DNA of 32,000 nucleotides from Candidatus Omnitrophota bacterium (GTDB lineage Bacteria; Omnitrophota; Gorgyraeia; 2-01-FULL-45-10): NCBI GenBank assembly GCA_023818895.1, contig JAMWCX010000002.1, positions 360,001 to 392,000 of the forward strand, read 5' to 3'. Shown piece by piece: positions 23,785 to 29,100 of this stretch (position 1 is its first letter; each line of letters starts with the position of its first letter). The notes under the pieces were generated by a model. It saw only the letters and a program-made list of their open reading frames with translations, ran no database searches and was not told where the DNA came from. The position numbers and the translations under genes were made by a program.

Positions 23785-23869
23785 TGGTGCGGATGGAGGG
23801 AGTTGAACCCCCAAGCCTTGCGGCACATGGTCCTAAGCCATGCGTGTCTGCCAATTCCACCACATCCGC
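23785..23869 (-). tRNA. tRNA-Leu (anticodon TAG), long variable arm, CCA encoded
   Basis: Hand-folded: GCGGATG TG GTG-GAATTGGCAGA-CAC G CATGG-CTTAGGA-CCATG TGCCGCAAGGCTT GGGGG-TTCAACT-CCCTC CATCCGC A CCA. Length 85 nt. Confidence 0.9.
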
Positions 23870-23993
23870 ATCAATTGGTTTACCCCACTTCGCGAGCAAT
23901 AACCCGCCTATCCCGTGATTACTATGTCGACCCTAAAAAGGATGAATAAAGAATAACTCCGAGTTGCAAATACCCTAAAGTAGAGTCGAACTA

Positions 23994-24070
23994 TGGCGCG
24001 CCTGGGCCGGGTCGAACGGCCAACCAACGGGTTCGAAGCCCGCTACTCTATCCGATTGAGCTACAGGCGC
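23994..24070 (-). tRNA. tRNA-Arg (anticodon TCG), CCA encoded
   Basis: Hand-folded: GCGCCTG TA GCTC-AATCGGATA-GAGT A GCGGG-CTTCGAA-CCCGT TGGTT GGCCG-TTCGACC-CGGCC CAGGCGC G CCA. Length 77 nt. Confidence 0.9.
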
Positions 24071-24081
24071 GTTAGCTCAAC

Positions 24082-24110
24082 ATATTACAACAAACTGGCC
24101 GTTTCTTCAA
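24082..24110 (-). promoter_or_regulatory. Candidate sigma-70 promoter for the tRNA-Arg/tRNA-Leu unit
   Basis: In minus sense: TTGAAG (24105..24110), a 17-nt spacer, then TAATAT (24082..24087). It ends 11 nt upstream of the tRNA-Arg 5' end. Confidence 0.5.
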
Positions 24111-24130
24111 TGATATACGCTTATCCGGCC

Positions 24131-24760
24131 TTAAAAAACATTCGCAACTATTTTGGCAGCCTCTTTGGCAAGCGCGATCTTATCCTCTCGCACAAGCGGA
24201 CCCAAAGCATCCATAGGCTGTGCGTTAATAAAATTAATGTCAGTGATGCCAATAAATCCGAACACCGCCCTTAGATACGGTTCTTCGAAATCGTAAGATC
24301 GAAGGGGGCTTATCTGGCTATAATCGCCTCCGCGGCTTGTTATAACCACCATCTTTTTGCCTTTTACAAGGCCTTCGGCACCATTTTCCGTATATCGAAA
24401 AAGATATTTAGGCTGTAGTATGACATCTATATAATGCTTTAGCGGATACGGCACGCTGAAATTCCACATCGGCGTACTTATAAGGTACCCATCGGCAGAT
24501 ATAAAACGCTCTATCGTCTTTGCTATCTCAGACCAAGACTTCTCCAGCTTGCCCGTCAGGCCTTTACCGCTGAGAAGCACGTATTTTCCGTCAACTTGTT
24601 TCTCTGTCAATGCTGGGAGCTTTTCGGCAAAGAGATCGAGGGTATCTATATAGCATGATGGGTATTTTTTTCTAAATACTTCTAAAAACGCCGCTGTTAC
24701 TTTAAGCGTTCTGGAATCGTCGCCTCGAGGAGTCGCTATAATGTGCAAAAGTCTCTTCAT
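24131..24760 (-). CDS. azoR: FMN-dependent NADH-azoreductase / flavodoxin-like quinone reductase
   Basis: 209 aa. N-terminal MKRLLHIIATPRGDDSRT, the AzoR hallmark ISTPMWNFSVPYPLKHYIDVI, and VITSRGG. Shine-Dalgarno AGGAGG lies upstream. Confidence 0.8.
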   Translation of the reverse strand: MKRLLHIIATPRGDDSRTLKVTAAFLEVFRKKYPSCYIDTLDLFAEKLPALTEKQVDGKYVLLSGKGLTGKLEKSWSEIAKTIERFISADGYLISTPMWNFSVPYPLKHYIDVILQPKYLFRYTENGAEGLVKGKKMVVITSRGGDYSQISPLRSYDFEEPYLRAVFGFIGITDINFINAQPMDALGPLVREDKIALAKEAAKIVANVF

Positions 24761-24782
24761 AATGCCTCCTGGCTATGGTAAT

Positions 24783-24811
24783 ATTGTAGCACCATGCCGC
24801 AGGCTCTTCAA
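24783..24811 (-). promoter_or_regulatory. Candidate sigma-70 promoter for azoR
   Basis: In minus sense: TTGAAG (24806..24811), a 17-nt spacer, then TACAAT (24783..24788). Confidence 0.5.
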
Positions 24812-24834
24812 ATGAAAATAATGTAACATAATCC

Positions 24835-24863
24835 TTGACAAACGGTCAAAAAGATGATATATT
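24835..24863 (+). promoter_or_regulatory. Near-consensus sigma-70 promoter for cspA
   Basis: TTGACA (24835..24840), a 17-nt spacer, then TATATT (24858..24863). This predicts a 5' UTR of about 110 nt. Confidence 0.65.
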
Positions 24864-24898
24864 TTCGTCGGTAGTAAATGAAGAGCGTGATAACATGT

Positions 24899-24935
24899 AC
24901 CGCAGGGGATAATTTACTAACCTTGCGGTTTTTTT
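24899..24935 (+). promoter_or_regulatory. Terminator-like hairpin plus U-run inside the cspA 5' UTR (candidate attenuator or thermosensor)
   Basis: CCGCAGG (24900..24906) pairs with CCTTGCGG (24921..24928), with one bulged T. Seven Ts follow at 24929..24935. An upstream GGTAGTAAAT (24870..24879) is complementary to ATTTACTA in the hairpin loop (24912..24919). It is also complementary to ATTTACTGC downstream (24944..24952). Confidence 0.5.
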
Positions 24936-24981
24936 ATCGCGCTATTTACTGCTAATACGTATGGAAGGAGGTAGTAAGCAA

Positions 24982-25182
24982 ATGGCAAAGGGCAAAGTAA
25001 AGTGGTTCAATGACGCTAAAGGTTACGGCTTTATCACTTGCGAGGATGGTAAGGATGTGTTCGTGCATCACAGCGTGATCCAGGGTGAGGGGTTCAAGAC
25101 CTTGAAAGAAGGACAAGAAGTGGAATTTGAGATTACGAAGGGTCCAAAAGGCGATCAGGCCACGAACGTGGTGAAGCTGTAA
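24982..25182 (+). CDS. cspA: Cold-shock protein, CspA family
   Basis: 66 aa. RNP1 KGYGFI and RNP2 VFVHHS. The start is [11 protein letters not shown], with GGAGG 8 nt upstream. The track's 24961 ATG lies inside the Shine-Dalgarno region. Confidence 0.9.
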   Translation: MAKGKVKWFNDAKGYGFITCEDGKDVFVHHSVIQGEGFKTLKEGQEVEFEITKGPKGDQATNVVKL

Positions 25183-25196
25183 TATACATATACAGC

Positions 25197-25236
25197 AAAA
25201 AATAAGACCCGGTTTAAAAACCGGGTCTTATTTTTA
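25197..25236. terminator. Bidirectional rho-independent terminator between convergent cspA and the 113-aa ORF
   Basis: TAAGACCCGG (25203..25212) pairs perfectly with CCGGGTCTTA (25221..25230). An A-run lies upstream and ATTTTTAT lies downstream. Confidence 0.8.
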
Positions 25237-25302
25237 TATATTTTGGCTTATTTCTGAACGTTTACGGCTTCTGCCTTTGCCGCGCTGCCTTCTTCCGTAT
25301 AG

Positions 25303-25644
25303 TCAATCTTTTGCCTTCTCGCCATTCTTAAGTTGGTTGAATGTAATGGTGTCAAATGCCTCCCCGGTCACCTTTGTAGTTGCGCAGAACGGGAACACCC
25401 TGCATTCGCCCGTCTCGTTTTCCACGGTAAGCTTTCTCTCCCCTGTGCAGGCTATCTCTGTGGCGGACAAGATCTTGCTCACAAACACGCCGGCCGTCTC
25501 TATGACCGCCCCAACCGGCTCTTTAGCCTTCGGCTCCTTCTCGATGACGCAATACCTGTATTTCGGCTCAAAATTCTTCTCTTCGGCCGAAACGATTCCG
25601 ACACATATCGCAAGCATAAAAATAATGATTAATGCCTTCTTCAT
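25303..25644 (-). CDS. Small secreted protein of unknown function (signal peptide, four Cys)
   Basis: 113 aa. Signal peptide MKKALIIIFMLAICVGIVSAEE. Strong Shine-Dalgarno AGGAGG 8 nt upstream. I recognise no family. Confidence 0.6.
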   Translation of the reverse strand: MKKALIIIFMLAICVGIVSAEEKNFEPKYRYCVIEKEPKAKEPVGAVIETAGVFVSKILSATEIACTGERKLTVENETGECRVFPFCATTKVTGEAFDTITFNQLKNGEKAKD

Positions 25645-25745
25645 TGTATGGCGGCCTCCTCTTATGTTTAATTAATTATAACCCCCCGCCACAATGATGG
25701 CAAGGAGTTTCTGTCAACCGACTGCCGCTACAGTACTGTATGCAT

Positions 25746-25785
25746 AAAAAAAGCGCTATCCTCTTTTAAGAACAACGCTTTTTTT
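25746..25785. terminator. Weak A/T-flanked hairpin downstream of the Cys-rich ORF
   Basis: AAAAAAAGCG-20 nt-CGCTTTTTTT. It has only three G:C pairs and the loop is long. Confidence 0.3.
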
Positions 25786-25811
25786 AATCGATCTTACAGC
25801 CTAAGGCAGTA

Positions 25812-26027
25812 TTACCGGTTCTGTCCCTTGATCGCGTTGGCCATTGACTGGAATATGCTCTCGCCGCATGGTGCCGGTTTTGCGCATTTGTTGCATGGAG
25901 CCGGTTTCGCGCAAGGAGCGTACGGTTTTGCACAGCTTGAGCAACTTGTGCTCTCAGCGGCGAAGACCGGAACCGCTAACGATACCGCTATTACAAATGC
26001 TAATACTCCCACCCCCAACTTCTTCAT
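25812..26027 (-). CDS. Small secreted Cys-rich protein with three CAKP(x)APC repeats
   Basis: Signal peptide MKKLGVGVLAFVIAVSLAVPVFAAE, then SCSSCAKPYAPCAKPAPCNKCAKPAPCGE. I prefer the second ATG (26027) because GGAGGG lies 6 nt upstream of it. The track start is 26033. Confidence 0.6.
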   Translation of the reverse strand: MKKLGVGVLAFVIAVSLAVPVFAAESTSCSSCAKPYAPCAKPAPCNKCAKPAPCGESIFQSMANAIKGQNR

Positions 26028-26076
26028 AGTCATCCCTCCATTTTAGGTTATGACTATACTAATACCACTATCGCAT

Positions 26077-26106
26077 TATATACTTCTCTTCTGGGAAAAT
26101 TTGCAA
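26077..26106 (-). promoter_or_regulatory. Candidate promoter for the Cys-rich small protein gene
   Basis: In minus sense: TTGCAA (26101..26106), an 18-nt spacer, then TATATA overlapping TATAAT (26075..26082). Confidence 0.4.
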
Positions 26107-26147
26107 GGTTTAAGGTAAAGGAAAATTACTTATCGGAAAGAATGCTT

Positions 26148-29100
26148 TTATCCGCCCTCTTCCTCTTCGGTGTTTACAAATTCGCCGGATAGAATCAGGG
26201 CGCCAGGCGGAAGCTCGACTGGCTTGAATTCGGTGAGCGAGTCCTGGATAAAGATCGTAGGAGTGGTGTCGCGTTGTCCGGCATCAGAGCTCAAGGCTTC
26301 TTCAAGTGCGTTCTCCGGAGCCGGTTCGGGGGTCGGCGTCGGTTCAGGAGGCGCTGGCGGGACGTATCCTTCCCAACTCAGGTGCGGAAGGGCGGTATCG
26401 AACGCGTCCCAGAAGGGTGTCTCAAAATCCCAAGTGCCATAAACAGGCGCCGTATGGGTTGAGCCTTTTAACACATCCTCTGTCGTCTTATACTCAGCGC
26501 CGGGCTGGTCGTTCACGCCTCCTGTTCCCAGATTAGCGGCGCTTCCCGTATAGTAAGAATCCGTAGGAACAGAGCCACTACCAACAAAAGGCCCTACCGT
26601 ATCCGCAGAGCTGGTGCCGGTCACCGTACCGGTCGCAAAGCAGTTATTGATCGATCCTGGATTATCTCCGACAAAACCGCCGGCATAAGAATCAACATCA
26701 TTACCAGGCGTTGCGGTTGCATTGTTCTGAGAATAGGAATTATATATCGTTGTAGTGCCGTGATTTGCTCCCACAAAACCGCCGGCAAAGGCATAACCAC
26801 CAGGGGTTTGATAAATATTATAATAGTCCCATCCGCCTAAACCGCCGCTTGCGGTCACAGCGCCTGTCGTGGAATACGTGTTGTGAATATCGTTATTATT
26901 GTATCCCGCAAAACCTCCGGCGTAGGCATTGCCGCCATTACCTCCCCAATAGTAACCTGCGTCTCCGCCGTCTCCGCCCGTTGCCGTGGTCGTCCCCGAC
27001 GAAGAATAGGAACTCTCGATAACCGAGTTGTTAAACCCGACAAAACCTCCGGCATAGGCGCCTCCGCCGTCTCCGCCGAAATAGTTGTATCCCCCATAAT
27101 AGCCATATCCGTATCCGCCGTTTCCGCCTTCTGCCGTCGTAGTTCCATCTGTTGAATAAGAATTTCTAATTGTTGAATTATTAAATCCTGCCAAGCCGCC
27201 GGCGTAAGCGTCCCCGCCGTCTCCGCCATAACCGTCATTTCCCTCACCGCCATTACCACCTATTGCTGTCACGCTGCCGGTAGCATAGACAACATCATTG
27301 GGATCGCCGATATCCTCATTATTGCGGCCCACAAGCCCGCCGGCGTAGGCGTCCCCGCCGTCTCCGCCATCAGTATAACCGTCTCCACCCTGCCCGCCTA
27401 TCGCTTCAGCATTACCTTTAGCATACGAGCCGTTATAAATAACGCCTGAAGCTTTATAGCCGACTAACCCGCCGGCGTAGGCATTGCCGCCAAAGCCGCC
27501 GTATCCATAGCCGTCGCCACCATCCAAGCCATAGCCACCAGCACCACCTGTGGCAGTTGCTCCGCCGGTAGCATAAGAATTGGATATGTCTGACCACTCA
27601 TTATAGCCGACTAACCCGCCGGCGTAGGCATAGCCACCGTTTCCGGCATTAGTCCAATCGGTGCCGTCGCCGCCGGTGGCTTTAGTCGTATCTATAGTCG
27701 AATACGAATTCGAGATGTTACCGTCGCTATTCTTGCCGACGAGCCCGCCTCCGAACGCGTCTCCGCCCGGCTGCCCATCACCGCCTCTGGCCTCGACTGT
27801 AGCACTCGCACCGGCAGCATGCGAATAGCTGATGCTACAATAGTAGTTCGCGCCTACCAGCCCGCCGGCGTAGGCCTTGCCGCCGGCATAATATCCACGT
27901 CCGCCGGTCGCTGTCGTATTGCCGCCGTCAGAATAAGAATTTTCTATAGCGCCATTTTCACTATAACCAACAAGCCCGCCGGCAGATGCGTTGCCGCCAT
28001 TTCCGTCATAGTAACCATATCCTATAGTGGCATCGCCGCTTTTAGCCGTAACATCGCCGCCCTGGGCATAGCTATTATCCTTGATATTCCCGCTATCATT
28101 ATATCCGACAAGCCCGCCGGCGTATGCGTTACCGCCGATGTAACACTGATAATAATAGCCGCCTGTGGCCGGCCCTCCTCCGGTGGCTTCCGTTGAACCA
28201 ATTACAGAGTAAGAATTGGATATGGTCCCTGACTCATGCCGTCCGACAAGGCCGCCTGCGTATGCGTCGCCGCCTGAATAGCCACCGTTACCGCCTATGG
28301 CCTCGACTGTTGCCGAGCTTCCCTCAGCATTTCTGGCGTTTGAATCGATAATATCTGAATATTCATTATTACCTATAAGAGCTCCGGCGTATGCGTCGCC
28401 GCCTGAACCTCCTCCGGTATAATAATCTCCGTTGCCGCCTTGAGCGCTTATTATGGTACCAATAACAGAATAGCAATTATCAACATTGGCCCTTTCATCA
28501 TTATAGTTACTTCCTATAAGACCCCCAGCGTATGCGTCGCCGCCACTATCATACGAATAGTAGGCGGCATCTCCGCCATTAGCATGCACCTCTCCGACCT
28601 CTGAATAGCTGTTCGAGATATATGCCGTATAGTTATATCCGACGAGCCCGCCGGCGTATGCGTCGCCGCCCTGCCCGCCTCCGCTACCGCCATTAGCGGT
28701 TACATTGACGGAAAGAGAATAAGAATTGGAGATTGTGCCTTCCCAATTAACGCCGACAAGGCCTCCGGCAGATGCGTCACCACTTCGACCATTGCTTGAA
28801 CCGCCGGTCGCGGTGACTTCCTCCACTTTAGCGTAAGAATCTGATGTTTCTGTGTCTTTTATCTCAGACCTGTCATTGTAACCAACCAGGCCGCCAACTT
28901 TGGCAACACCGCCTCTACCATCACCCAACGCACCATCTCCACCCGCGCCGCCAGTACCTTCTACTGAGATAGTTCCACCGTCTTCAGGCGCCACATACGA
29001 ACCCGAAATAATCGCGCCATTAATATTCTCTCCGGCGACACCCCCCACACAAGCATCGCCGCCGGCTCCGCCATACCAAATATAATATGGAAAATGAGCT

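Noticed and set aside
23425-23828. Track ORFs 23425..23718 (97 aa) and 23640..23828 (62 aa) on the minus strand, which begin at an ATG 9 nt after the GGAGG of the Leu-type element.
   Set aside because: The frame runs through the tandem repeat and into the tRNA-Leu gene. The Lys-type copy has CTG in place of the ATG and a stop after 17 codons. The differences between copies are compensatory in RNA helices rather than synonymous, so these are not coding.
23970-23993. T-arm-like string AGTTCGACTCTAC immediately after the tRNA-Arg CCA, considered as another displaced tRNA fragment.
   Set aside because: It shares only GTTCGAC with the tRNA-Arg T-loop. There is no acceptor/CCA copy and no conserved element core downstream, so it is probably chance.
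23993-24274. Plus-strand ORF of 93 aa.
   Set aside because: It begins antisense to tRNA-Arg and continues antisense into azoR, so it is an artefact.
25277-26046. Plus-strand ORFs 25277..25675, 25333..25632, 25828..26046 and 25844..26029.
   Set aside because: They are antisense to the two signal-peptide ORFs. Unlike these plus-strand ORFs, the minus-strand ORFs have strong Shine-Dalgarno sequences and canonical signal peptides.
26765-28351. Several ORFs of 75 to 134 aa in other frames or on the opposite strand inside the giant gene (for example 26855..27259 on the minus strand, and 27819..28196 and 26883..27155 on the plus strand).
   Set aside because: The repetitive GGN/GCN-rich codons keep the alternative frames open. 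The translations are low-complexity Arg/Pro/Ala-rich sequence and have no start signals.
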